Numbered from the stretch's first letter, positions 1-10,857 are shown. The stretch is 64,000 nucleotides of DNA from Saprolegnia diclina VS20 (GCF_000281045.1 NW_008246074.1:896433-960432); one strand, 5' to 3'. Numbers and translations: made by a program. The notes: generated by a model not told the origin, from the letters alone.

Positions 1-1704
1 ATCGCCGTCGGTGTCAGCCCGTCGGTCGCTGCTGCCGTTGCGTCGGCTGCCGACTCGGCGGCGGGCTCGGGTGCCGATGCCGTCACCAGTGCTCCTATCG
101 CGGACGTCATCGATGCCGCCCAAGATGCCGGTGCCTCGCCGGCCCAGGCTGCTGCTGTGGCCGATGCCGCGTCGTCGGGCGTCACGGGCAGCGACCTTGT
201 TGCCGTCGCCTTGGCGGTCGGTGTCAACCCGTCGGATGCCGTGAGCGTCGCCAGTGCTGCGAGCAGTGCGGCGGGTACGCCTGCGCCGATCATCGAGATC
301 ATCCAGGCTGCGCTCGACTCGGGTGCAAGCCTTGGCCAGGCCGCTGCCATCGCGGTTGCCATCAACTCGGGTGGCTCGCCTGCCGAGGTGCAGATCGCGG
401 CTATCGAGGCCGGTGCTCCGCTCTCGGTTGCGTCGGCCATCGCTTCGGCTGTGTCGTCGTTCACGCAGTCGACGGCGGGTTCGTCGGATGCCACGCCGGC
501 CCCGGTGCTTGAAGTCATCCAGGCGGCGATTGAAGCCGGTGCCACGCCTCAGCAGGCCGCTGTCATCGCCGTCGCGGCCGACACCGGTGCTAGTGCGCTG
601 GGCATTGTCCAGACGGCGCTGGCGGTTGGCGTACCTTCGTCGATTGCAAACGCAGTTGCTGCTGCGGCAAACGTGGCGGCGGGATCGAATGCGGATGCTG
701 TCACCAGTGCTCCGATTGTCGATGTCGTTGCCGCTGCCGAAGACGCTGGTGCTACCTCATCCCAAGCAGCCGTTGTGGCCGATGCTGCGTCGTCGGGTGT
801 CACGGGGACTGATCTTGTGAATGTCGCGCTTGACGCCGGCGTCTCTCCGGCCCTGGCAGGCACAGTTGCTACTGCTGTGGCAGAAGCAGCTGCGACCCCG
901 GCACCCATCGCTGTCGTCATCCAAACCGCATTGGATTCGGGTGCAAGCTTGAACCAAGCTGCCATCATTGCTACGGCAGTGGAATCCGGTGCCAGCCAAG
1001 CAGGCATTCTCAGTGCGGCGCTTGCGGCGGGCGTCGCCCCCAAAGATGCCATTGCCATCGCTTCGGCGGTCGCGTCAAGCAACGGCTCTGGTACGGGTTC
1101 GCTTGCCGCCCAAACGAAGACCGCGTTCAACGCCGCTGAAGGTACGGGCGCTAGCCCCGAGCAAGCTGCGGTGCTCGCAGTCGCGATCCAAACCGGTGCG
1201 ACCGAGACCGAGATTGCCGACATTGTCAAGAACAACGGCGTCGGATCTTTGAAGGCGGACATCATCGCTTCGACGCTGAGTGCGCTGAGCCCTGGCAGCG
1301 CAGCCGACATTATCAAGGTCAACGAGCCCGAAAAGATCATCTCGAACAGTGAGGACGCCGGGATCCCACCGGGGGTCGCCGCGGAGATCGCTGTTGCCGC
1401 CGGCGAGGGCGAGTCGACGAAGCAGGTCGAGAAGCTAGGCGCCGAAGCCGGTATCTCGGCCCAGACCGTGTCCAACATTTTCGCGGGCATTACCACGGGG
1501 TCACAGAAATCGGAGCCGGAACCGGCTACCGATCTCAACACGTTGCCAGCGTACAACTTTACACCGGCACCGACGGCCGTGGGCACCGAAGGCGAGACAC
1601 CATCCACAATCGGTGGTGTGTTCCAAAACATCGTCGACTACTTGACGTCGGCGCCCGCGACACCGAGCTTGCGATCGCGTCCGCAGTGCGCGCCGACGGC
1701 GTAA
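1..1704 (+). CDS. Ala/Ser/Gly/Val-rich tandem-repeat protein, 5' end outside the window
   Basis: Frame 1 is open from base 1 (IAVGVSPSVAAAVASAADSAAG...) to TAA at 1702-1704. It carries repeated units of about 65-70 aa (APIxxVIQAAxxxGAxxxQAAxIA) and a Pro/Thr-rich C-terminus. Confidence 0.8.
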   Translation: MAVGVSPSVAAAVASAADSAAGSGADAVTSAPIADVIDAAQDAGASPAQAAAVADAASSGVTGSDLVAVALAVGVNPSDAVSVASAASSAAGTPAPIIEIIQAALDSGASLGQAAAIAVAINSGGSPAEVQIAAIEAGAPLSVASAIASAVSSFTQSTAGSSDATPAPVLEVIQAAIEAGATPQQAAVIAVAADTGASALGIVQTALAVGVPSSIANAVAAAANVAAGSNADAVTSAPIVDVVAAAEDAGATSSQAAVVADAASSGVTGTDLVNVALDAGVSPALAGTVATAVAEAAATPAPIAVVIQTALDSGASLNQAAIIATAVESGASQAGILSAALAAGVAPKDAIAIASAVASSNGSGTGSLAAQTKTAFNAAEGTGASPEQAAVLAVAIQTGATETEIADIVKNNGVGSLKADIIASTLSALSPGSAADIIKVNEPEKIISNSEDAGIPPGVAAEIAVAAGEGESTKQVEKLGAEAGISAQTVSNIFAGITTGSQKSEPEPATDLNTLPAYNFTPAPTAVGTEGETPSTIGGVFQNIVDYLTSAPATPSLRSRPQCAPTA

Positions 1705-1971
1705 ACACTGACGTCTTCATGTCGTTTGCTAATTGTAAGAATCAACCAACGTTTTATGTCCATTGACAAGCTCCAGTACCGACAACACCACTCACCACTG
1801 CGTTCTGTCTGCGTGGCAGAGACCCATTCGGGATCTCAGCAAGCGTGTGGTAACTACCGAGGTGTTCGCCATCGACGGCATGGTGCTCGTGCGCCACAGC
1901 CTGCAAAGCTACGACGCGCGCATGTCTGACATCGGTGCAACGACCAAGTTCCTTCTTTCTTACTTATCCGA

Positions 1972-3019
1972 CTAGTACACGCGGGGGAACGGCATGTCCT
2001 TGGGGAACTGAAGCCAGTTGACTTTCGGGTACTCGGTCTCATGGCTCTCGACGACGTGGATCGAGTACGCATGGCGCGACTTGTCGGACGTGTTGGCATG
2101 ACTGTAATGCACAAACGACGAGTGGAGGAGCACGAGGTCGCCCTTCTTGGTCAAGATCGGCGTCCCGCCCGTCAGGTCGAACGCGGGCTTGGTCGCGGGC
2201 ACCGTCTCCAGCAACGGGCCGTCGGCGCTCGAGAAATCCTCTTGGCCATTGAACGGCGTCGTGCGCTTGAAATGCTGAAGCACGGGCGTCGTCAAGTGCG
2301 AGCCAGGCACACCGTACAAGCAGCCTACCATGCAGCACTCAACACACGGCCAAATGCATTTGGATAACGAACCGTTCGACGTCGTGCAGTCTTCCAGCGC
2401 CCACCAGAGACCAATGACGCTCTGCGGCTCCGTGTAGAGGTACGTGCCATCTTGGTGCGCGCCAACCTCGCCGCCAATCGATGGCTGCTTGAAAATATAC
2501 ATGGACTGGGGCACGACGGGGGCGACGTACCCAAGCGACTGGAGGATGCCTATGACAGAAGGTCAAGACTGCTCATGAGATTAGGCGAGGCGCCGCACCT
2601 TTGACGCTGGGCGAGAAGCTCACGTCGCGAAACGCTGGGTCGAGCGAGTGCAAATTGTGGCCAATCTTGTTGATCGCGAGCGGCAGCGGCACGGTGACGT
2701 TGCCATCGTCGTCGACCGCGTCTTCTTCAAAGAAGCAGTGGATGCGCGGACCGGACGAGAGAAAGTATGCGTCGCTGTACCGCGTCTGGTGCTTGGAGCT
2801 AAAGATGCTCTTGGAGCTCGGGTCGAACTGCGAGAGGTGGTGGTCCGCCCGCGCACGGAGTGTGTCGCACGTCTCGTGCGAGAGCGCGCCCTCGATGTGG
2901 AGGTACCCGTTGGCGTTGTAGAACGCCTGCTGCTCGGTGCTAAGGCCATATGCGGCGGCCGAGCTCGCGCGGCGGGCCCACGCCGGCGACGACGCCTTGG
3001 TCAGAGCACGGTGCAGCAT
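1972..3019 (-). CDS. PHYHD1: Phytanoyl-CoA dioxygenase family protein (PHYHD1-like, Fe/2OG), spliced
   Basis: Exons give FYNANGYLHIEG, YFLSSG.RIHCFFEE, INKIGHNLH, QSMYIFKQPSIGGEVGAHQDGTYLYTEP (HxD), W.ALED....NG.L, and VHYSHANTSDKSRHAYSIH (distal His and 2OG-binding Arg). The N-terminus MLHRALTKASS looks like a presequence. Confidence 0.9.
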
Positions 3020-3143
3020 GTCGGTGGATTGATGACTGCCGGCCGCTGCCCATCCCGCTGATTGGTCCAAAGTGCACTTTCGCACTTGAAGCACGGTATT
3101 TCAACCAATCAGCGTCGCGCGTGTCGCACCGAAACCGACTGCG
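3020..3143. promoter_or_regulatory. Compact bidirectional promoter with two opposed CCAAT boxes
   Basis: Only 124 bp separate the divergent ATGs. GATTGG is at 3060-3065 and CCAATC at 3105-3110. Confidence 0.65.
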
Positions 3144-5649
3144 ATGAGCGCCGAGCCCGCCGACGCCGATGATCTCGCCGACGCCGATGATCTTGCCGAC
3201 GACGCCCTCGACGACCAAAGGGCCCAGGCCATGGCCTCGAGCCGTCATGGCGATAACTCCGATCGGTCGCCCACCCCGCCAAGCGCTCGTCGCGTGTCCT
3301 TTGCCCGCATCCGACCGCTCACAGCGCACGAGCTCGCGACAACGTCGTCCCACGTACTCATGCCTTGACCATGCAAGGGCATTGCTATGGCACCTGTAGA
3401 TCCTTCCGCTCAAAGCGACAGACATGCGCGGCCTCACAGCCGATCTCGATCGCAAGCCCAACGAGGCCATCCAGGTGTTTGTTCGTGTCCGACCGTCGTC
3501 GTCGGCGCCGTCGCCGACGTTCATCGGCGTATGTTGTGCACTACCATTGAAGGGCGTAGGATGCCATGGACGTAGATTCAAACGGTAAGCGACACAACGC
3601 TGCGGATCCCGTCGACGGCCCACGGTCCAATGGAATGCTCGTTCGATCGCATTTTTCCGCCGGATGCCACGCAGGCCGACATCTACGGGGCCGTGCAACA
3701 TCTCGTCGCCGACGTTGTGCGCGGCTTCAACGCGACCATCTTTGCCTATGGGCAAACTGGCACCGGCAAGACACACACCATCTTGGGCATGGACGAGTCC
3801 GCCCCGTCGCTCTCGGGACGCAGCGGGACGCCCGTCGACGCGACGCGCCTCGAGCTCGATCCATCATGGGGTATCATTCCGCGCGCACTCTTTGAGCTCG
3901 TCCAGCAATTTGGCACCAATGGTGTCATGACGTGCGCGTACTTGCAGATCTACAACGACAAGATCTACGATTTGCTTGCGGACCGCAAGCGGCAACGCCC
4001 GCTCGTGTTGCGCGAAGCCGACGACGTGTCCATCCAAGGCCTCTCGCTACTCCCGATCGCCACCATGGAGGACGTCTACGCCTTCTTGCGCAAAGGGTAC
4101 CTTTCACTTTGTATGGGCCCATTGTGGTAGTTTCGGTCCTAGGAAGCTCCATCGCGTGGTCCGTGAAACCGAGATGAACGCCGCGAGCAGTCGCAGCCAT
4201 GCGATTCTCCAAGTGCACTTGCGGTCGCGGAATGGCCTTCGGCAAGGCAAACTCAACCTCGTGGACTTGGCGGGATCCGAGAAATGGAACAAGCTCATCG
4301 TCAAGCCCGGTGTCGAGATTGAAGAAATGAAGAGCATCAACAGCAGTCTCTCGGCGCTTGGCAACTGCATCGCGGCCTTGACGCAAGCCGGCCGCAAGCA
4401 CATTCCGTACCGCGACTCGACGTTAACGCGGCTCCTCAAGGACTCGCTGGGCGGCAACACGCGAACCGTACACTGCGCTTTGCTGCATTGAAGCTAAAAC
4501 CAAGCCATCGAGTCGTAGGTTCTGATTGCGACGATCAACGGCCGAGCGTCGGACGAGACTGTCCGAACGATCCAGTTTGCGGACCGGACGCGGGCCGTCA
4601 TGCAGTGCGTCGTGCTCAATCCCACGCCGACAGTGTCGCCACGCCAGCTCCAACTCGGTACCCAACGCGCTTGGAGCGTCTCCTGACATGCTTGTGGAAT
4701 CGACGTAGGACTGGCGGCGGCGCGGGCCCACATTGCAAAGCTTCGGCTCAAGGTCCTCGAGCTCTCGAGCGTCAAAGACAAGCAAAACGACGAGGTGCAG
4801 TCGAAGCTCGCGCACTTTGAAGCGAGCATCCAAGCCAAAGAACGCGCGATCGGGACGCTCTTGGCGCAAAACGAAGCTTATGAAGCCAAGGTGCGCGAAT
4901 CGGAGCGCCAGATACAACAACTCCAGGACAAGATTCAAGCGCTCACAACGCCCGAGAAGGTCGCGACCAAGTCATACGAGGTCGACTGGGATCGGCTCGA
5001 GCGCGGGCGCAGTCTCTCGAGCTTGGCACCAATCCCGAATGCCCCTGCCCCGGAAAAGAGCAGTATCCTATTCAAATCATTATACCCGAAGCCCAGCGAC
5101 AAGCCGCCGGTCAAACTCCAGCCCGTCGCACCGTCGCCATCCTTCTCGAGCACCGTCAACGCGCCAGCGCCAACATCAAACACACCGACCGCGTGCACGG
5201 ATCACCAGCTGCAAGGCTGCGTCCTCTGTGCGCTGCGAAGCAAAGTACCCGCTTCCAATCAATTGAGCGCGATGACAGAGACGTCAAAAGGCCGGCCAGT
5301 TGCAGCAACCGCTTCGTCTCTCCCGTGGAAACCCCCCGAGGCTTCTGCACTCGTATCCTCTACGTCGTCGTCGTCGGTGTTGTCGCCGTCCGGTGTGTGC
5401 GCGGCGCACCAACTCAGTCGTTGCATATTGTGCCAGAGCGCGCGCCCCAAGCTTGTTTTGCCCGCAACGAATGCCTCAACGGCGGTGACGGCGACGACGT
5501 GTGCGCCACATCGACTCACCAACTGCGTGCTCTGTTCGCATACCGCCCAGCCTCGTTTTGCTGCGTCTTCCAGCAGCGCCCCCGTTGTAGCTCGAAGTAC
5601 TCAGTCGTTCTCCGTCGCCCCACACCATTCGAGCAGTGTAGCCCGATAG
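3144..5649 (+). CDS. Kinesin motor protein with coiled coil and Cys/His-repeat tail, spliced
   Basis: IQVFVRVRP, FDRIF, GFNATIFAYGQTGTGKT (P-loop), YLQIYND, NAASSRSH (switch I), LVDLAGSE (switch II), HIPYRDS and LGGN are all present across short introns. A coiled coil follows. Confidence 0.93.
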
Positions 5650-6221
5650 CAATGATATCGTTCGCGGTGGACATTGCTTGCAAGCTAGAAATGTCGTCGC
5701 TTCTGTCCACCCCAGGAACTCAGTACTGGGTGCGTCGAGAGACATTTGCTCCCTTGGATCCGCTGCCTCGTGGTGAGGACCGCCCTCGCATCCAACATAG
5801 GACATGTATATGTCGTCAGTATTGGACGGCAATCGATCATGGCCACGGAACGCGTGCGTCATCGCTACCGCACGTTCGACGGTTTGTCGCAGCCAATGCG
5901 TTGGCGCCTAAGTCCCGTTGCATACAGCCGTAGCGCGACGTAACGCTACCCAACGGCAAACGGTCCGAACCCGACGCTCGACGGTGCTGAGCACTCGGTG
6001 GGCGGCATCGCACTGCACACCGCGTTCCGGTTCGTCTCCATACGAAGTCGCAAGGGCCCGATCAAGGCGCTTGTGGCCATCTGTACATATTTACCGAGCC
6101 ACCTCGTCGGCGGCTTGAATACAGCGCCAACTTCAACTTGTCAACCTCTCAAACATGATAGTATGCATATCGCATTGCCAGTTGATTTCACTTTTCCTTT
6201 TCCAGTCCATCGACGACACCA

Positions 6222-7055
6222 ATGGCATCATCAACGCAGCGCGACGAGAGTCATGTGTGGTACTTTGCGATCGGGTCAATGATGAACCCGATCAGTCTCT
6301 CGAACCGCGGTTTGGCCCCGGTCGAGAGCCACCCGGCCGAAGTCCTGGAGTACAAGCTGCAGTTTTTTGGCGCCGCCGGCATGGCCGAGGCCGTCCCGGA
6401 AGCCGGCGCCTCGTTCCACGGTGTGCTGCACAAAATGGCATCCGCCGAAATGCAAGTCCTCGACCAAATGGAGTCGACGTACATCCGCGTGCCGGCAACG
6501 ACGCGCCTCTACGACGGTCGCCTCGTTGACGCGACGATCTATGGCCGGGACGCGGCCAAGGTCGCGGCCTTGGGACAAGAAGACAAGCCGCCGAGCGAGC
6601 GCTACATCGAGATCATGGTGCGCGGCTGCGAGCACTACGGCGTCGCGGCTTCACACATTGCGTTGCTCAAGTCGGTGCCGTTCGTACCCCGCAAGTCGCC
6701 CAGCGACTACATCTCTGTGCCCGTGCCCGACGGACTCCGGTGGTTCACGCAAGAGGAGCTCCGCGCCGGCACGGGCGTCGACAAGCGTCCACTGCTTATC
6801 TCGATCAACGGCAAGGTTCGCGAGTACATTGGGTCCCCGGATTTTGCCATGTACAAGAACATGCTGCGCATGGCTGGCCAGCCCATGGAGCCGTTCATCG
6901 CCAAGATGCTCTACGACCCCAAGTATGGTTGCCCGTCGACGCTGCAAGAGTTTACACGCGAGCACTGTGCGTGCATTGAAGACATGACGATGCAAAACTT
7001 TAGCAATCTCTTCCAGACTGTCGGTCTCATTGCGCAGACGTACAAGGAGGAATAA
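6222..7055 (+). CDS. Gamma-glutamylcyclotransferase-like domain fused to a cytochrome b5/MAPR-like domain, copy 1
   Basis: WYFAIGSMM (cf. GGCT YFAYGSN), HGVLH, LDQME and PPSERY...G.EHYG. The C-terminal FTQEELRAGTGVDKRPLLISINGKV..AGQ resembles the heme/steroid-binding b5 fold. Single exon. Confidence 0.8.
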   Translation: MASSTQRDESHVWYFAIGSMMNPISLSNRGLAPVESHPAEVLEYKLQFFGAAGMAEAVPEAGASFHGVLHKMASAEMQVLDQMESTYIRVPATTRLYDGRLVDATIYGRDAAKVAALGQEDKPPSERYIEIMVRGCEHYGVAASHIALLKSVPFVPRKSPSDYISVPVPDGLRWFTQEELRAGTGVDKRPLLISINGKVREYIGSPDFAMYKNMLRMAGQPMEPFIAKMLYDPKYGCPSTLQEFTREHCACIEDMTMQNFSNLFQTVGLIAQTYKEE

Positions 7056-7698
7056 ATGTCCTTTGATTCAAAAACATCTTATTCGAGTGTTGATTTTGGC
7101 GGTCGTAATCAAGTAGAAGACGTGGCTCCCGTTCATTCCTTGGGGAGATGGGTGGAGCAAAACGCATATCGTAGCAGCAGGGACGAAGTGTACATATTGC
7201 ATGGGTGACTAGGTCGGACCGAGTACTGTCGAGGGTCTCACCTGAACAACTGTCTCCCGTCTCACCGACGATTCTGATTCTGGCGCAGTGAGAATTATTT
7301 CATGAGCCAACGTAGTTCTGTGGAAGCGGGCAAAGTACCTCAATACGAGGTACACATACGGTGTTATAAGTGCTCGTGGACTATGGCATGGCAGGCAACC
7401 TGTTTATTCCTTCTACTGGCCATACGATGGCCGACACGCTTACGATGTAGTCATCCGATAACGGCCATGAATAACGCGCGTGATCCTGGCAACACCGCTC
7501 GCTGCTGGTGGCGACAGTGCGACCATATATGTGTCTCAACGAAGCAAGGACAGAGAAGGGCAACACCAGCAGCAGAAGACGACACTCGAATCATTCTACT
7601 TGGCTCTTGGTTGAGCGATCGAGCCGCGCACGACTTCGCCAGTGCTCCACGGCAACCTCCGAGACTTGATAAGATCGTCGTGCTCCGAGAATGTCGCT

Positions 7699-7714
7699 TC
7701 ATTTTTGAATTTGC
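7699..7714 (+). promoter_or_regulatory. Oomycete INR+FPR-like core promoter
   Basis: TCATTTTTGAATTTGC lies just upstream of the ATG at 7725 and resembles the oomycete YCATTYY initiator plus flanking AWTTY element. Confidence 0.6.
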
Positions 7715-7724
7715 ACTTTGAACC

Positions 7725-8540
7725 ATGAGCGACAACGGCGACGTCTGGTACTTTGCGATCGGATCGATGATGAACCCGATTAGCCTCCAGAGCCGCAACC
7801 TCGCGCCGATCGAGAGCTACCCAGCCGAGGTTCTGGACTTCCGCCTGCACTTTTTCGGGCACCTCGGCATGGCCGAGGCCGTCCCGGACGTCGGCGCCTC
7901 GTTCCACGGCGTGCTGCACAAGATGACATCCGCCGAAATGCTGTTGCTGGATCAAATGGAGGTGACGTACACCCGCGTGCCGGCAAAAACGCGCCTCTAC
8001 GACGGCCGGCTCGTTGACGCGACGATCTATGGCCGCGATGCAGCCACCGTCGCGGCCTTGGGACAAGAAGACAAGCCGCCGACCGAGCGCTACATTGACA
8101 TTATGGTGGGCGGCTGCGAGCACTACGGCGTCGCGGCTTCGCACATTGCGTTGCTCAAGTCGGTGCCGTTCGTGCCTCGGAAAACGCCGAGCGAGTTTGT
8201 CTCGGTGCCCGTCCCCGATGGTGTGCCTACGTTTACGGAAGAGAAGCTGCACATCGGCACGGGCGTCGACGGACACCCGCTGTATGTCTCGATCAACGGC
8301 AAGGTCTGCGAGTACGTCGGCTCGACCGACTTTTTCCTCTACCCGCATTACCTTCGCATGGCCGGACAAGCGGTCGAGCCGGTGCTGGCCAAGATGCTGT
8401 ACGATCCCAAGTATGGCTGCCCGTCGACGCTGCAGGAATTTACGCGCGAGTACTGTGCGTGCATTGAAGACACAATGATGCACATTTCAAGTGCCAACTT
8501 CAAGGTCATCGGTCGCATTGCGCAGTGCTACAACGACTAA
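7725..8540 (+). CDS. GGCT-like + cytochrome b5/MAPR-like fusion, copy 2 (tandem paralogue)
   Basis: Collinear with 6222-7055 at an offset of 1488 bp at the WYF codon, with long identical stretches (TRLYDGRLVDATIYGRDAA, GVAASHIALLKSVPFVPRK, KMLYDPKYGCPSTLQEFTRE). Confidence 0.8.
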   Translation: MSDNGDVWYFAIGSMMNPISLQSRNLAPIESYPAEVLDFRLHFFGHLGMAEAVPDVGASFHGVLHKMTSAEMLLLDQMEVTYTRVPAKTRLYDGRLVDATIYGRDAATVAALGQEDKPPTERYIDIMVGGCEHYGVAASHIALLKSVPFVPRKTPSEFVSVPVPDGVPTFTEEKLHIGTGVDGHPLYVSINGKVCEYVGSTDFFLYPHYLRMAGQAVEPVLAKMLYDPKYGCPSTLQEFTREYCACIEDTMMHISSANFKVIGRIAQCYND

Positions 8541-8603
8541 AGATCTAGACATATGGTACCTTTTGGTCTACAAACCCATGAAAAATGAAACTAAATTGCA
8601 CAT

Positions 8604-10482
8604 TTAGCGGCGGAGTAGCCGCAACGGCAACGCCGTCGGCTTGATCGTGACACCTGTGAGCTTGGGTGTCAAGTTCGATGCCGGTGTACGTGTCAGCGCA
8701 AAGCGCGGTAGCAAGTGGAGCAGCACCGTTTGCATCTCGGCGATCGCAAAGCGTTTTCCAATGCAGTTTTTGGGCCCTAATCAAGAAGGATCCTACTGTC
8801 AATACGCGGACAAGTTGTCTACCGAGGCTAAATGGCACGAACGTAAACCGGCTGCTGTTGCCATGGCGCAGCAGCGCATCGGCCTCGTGCTCGGGCGATC
8901 CATCCAGAAAACGCGCTAGTCGTCATCAAGGATATGCGTCGACAGTATGTACAATGTACAACATTGTACCTGGGAGAAACTCCGTGGGACGACTCCAATA
9001 CCGTGCGTGTTGATGGATGGCCCCAACGCAAAATGTCGCCTGGGCGCCCTACGACCATTTGAATGAATACCATCTGAAAAGACTGGATGTACTACTTTGG
9101 GCATGAAGAACGGGTCGTCGTCCGTGCGCGGGATCCAGTCGTCGTGCGTGCACGTTCGCATTGTAATGAACGGCACCGTCGGGTACAGACGCAGAGTCTC
9201 ATAGATCGTCGCTGTAAGCAGAGAAAGGTCGCTCAGCGTCTGCCACGACACGGCACCGCCGGCGTTGGCCAAGGCGCGACGGCACTCGTCAACGACTGCG
9301 GCTTCGACAGCAGGGTGCGTCGCTAACATTGCCAACACCCAGGAGAGCGTGCTGCTCGTCGTCTCGTGGCCCGCAAACATAAACGTCATGACGTGCACCC
9401 GGGCTTCGGTGGCCGTCATCGCCGCGTCGGCCAGCAAGAGGTCGAGGAGGTCGAAGGCCGGCGCCGGTGTCGCCACCTTGTGCGCAATCACGTCATCGAC
9501 GATGCGGAAGAGCATCGACTTGGCGGTTTGGATCTGTCGCAAGTACGGTAGCGGCCAGTGCTCAAAGTGCGGAAGAAACGCGAGGCCGAGGATATACAGC
9601 GGTCGCGGCGGCGTGTTGAGCTTGTCAAACGCGCTTAGTGCGATCGCTGCCTGGTTGTTTGTCGGATCGAGCGTATTAAAGTCATAGCCGAATGCGGTTT
9701 TGCCAATGACGTTGAGCGTCAGGCGCGTCAGGACTAGACATACGCACATGTGGGTCGTTCAACTAGCTAGAATATAGTCTTCGTTCGTGTGGACGTACGA
9801 TCAGGGACGTCGACAATGTGACCGTCTGGCATCGCGTCCAAGACACTCAGAAGCGTTGCCGTCTCCGCAGCAAATATAGACACGAAGGCCTTGAGGTTGG
9901 TCTGTGAGAATGGCGGGTGCAGGTGCTTGCGCTGGCCAGCGTGCACTTGGTCTTCCGAGCTCAAGAGCCCGTCGCCGCCGAGCAGAGTCTACGGTAGGGA
10001 CATGAGTATGGAGTCGTTATCGCCTGTTTTGGCTCAGAGACACGAAGAATGCTGCGCGGGATCGTGTCGCGGGGGTAGTTGGCCGCCTTGGTCACGAGCA
10101 CGTGCTGTAGCGATACCGGGTCGGCCAGATTCACTCGGTGTTGAAAGAGCACACGGTAGTAAAAGGCAGTACCGTACGTCTTGGTCCTGCAACCATGACC
10201 GTCAACAGCGCCATGACGACACGGCATCGTACCATGAAGCGAACGGCTCTGGGAACGGACGCGTCGCCGACCACGCAAAGTTGGCAAACTCGCGTCTGTA
10301 TCGAGCTTGAGTGTCAAAGCACTAACAACAATGTCGCACCCGTTGCCAGCGATGACGTGGGTGCTCGGTGGGCCGCGCAGTGCCTGGAGCGGATGAAACC
10401 GCGCCCGGTAGAGCAGCCATGCAACAAGCATCGCTACGACGGATGTACCCACACCGACAATGACCGACGACGACGCGTCCAT
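8604..10482 (-). CDS. Cytochrome P450, multi-exon
   Basis: N-terminal TM anchor, GPP motif, WTKTYG, HAGQRKHLHPPF, I-helix FAGHETT, K-helix ETLRLYP, and heme motif FVPFSLG|PKNCIG spanning an intron. TAA at 8604-8606. Confidence 0.93.
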
Positions 10483-10857
10483 TCGCGCGTCATGGCGTGT
10501 CGACATGACACTCGAATGCTTCGCAATAGAAAATGCAACCGGCAAGGCAGGTTCGAACCGGCGCCAATCTGCCAATCGTTGTCGCCCGGCGAGATCCTGC
10601 GTTGCTATCATGGCGTAATGGCGCTACACTGTACTGCCAAAGATGCCCCTGCGCGCTTCGCTCTACTCTTCGCCGACGCGACAACAATGTTCGCGACCAC
10701 AGCTCCAGCGTCGATGGCGTTCGCTTTATCGATAGGATCGACTGGCTTGTAAAAAACACTGTTTCCATCCAGTGTTTCCGTCACTGGCCTAGCATCCGGA
10801 TAAGGCGATGGCTGGGCGGGCATCCGGATACCGGCCAGTATCCGACGCTCTGCCACC

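Noticed and set aside
549..1631. Long antisense ORFs, here and opposite the Kelch, BET, MAPK, MED15-like and FAD-enzyme genes
   Set aside because: These are shadows of GC3-rich sense coding sequence, with no recognisable motifs.
5650..6221. Short ORFs between the kinesin and the first GGCT-like gene
   Set aside because: No motifs or coding bias, so treated as intergenic.
7056..7698. Spacer between the GGCT-like duplicates as a possible transposon
   Set aside because: No terminal repeats, target-site duplication or transposase motif visible.
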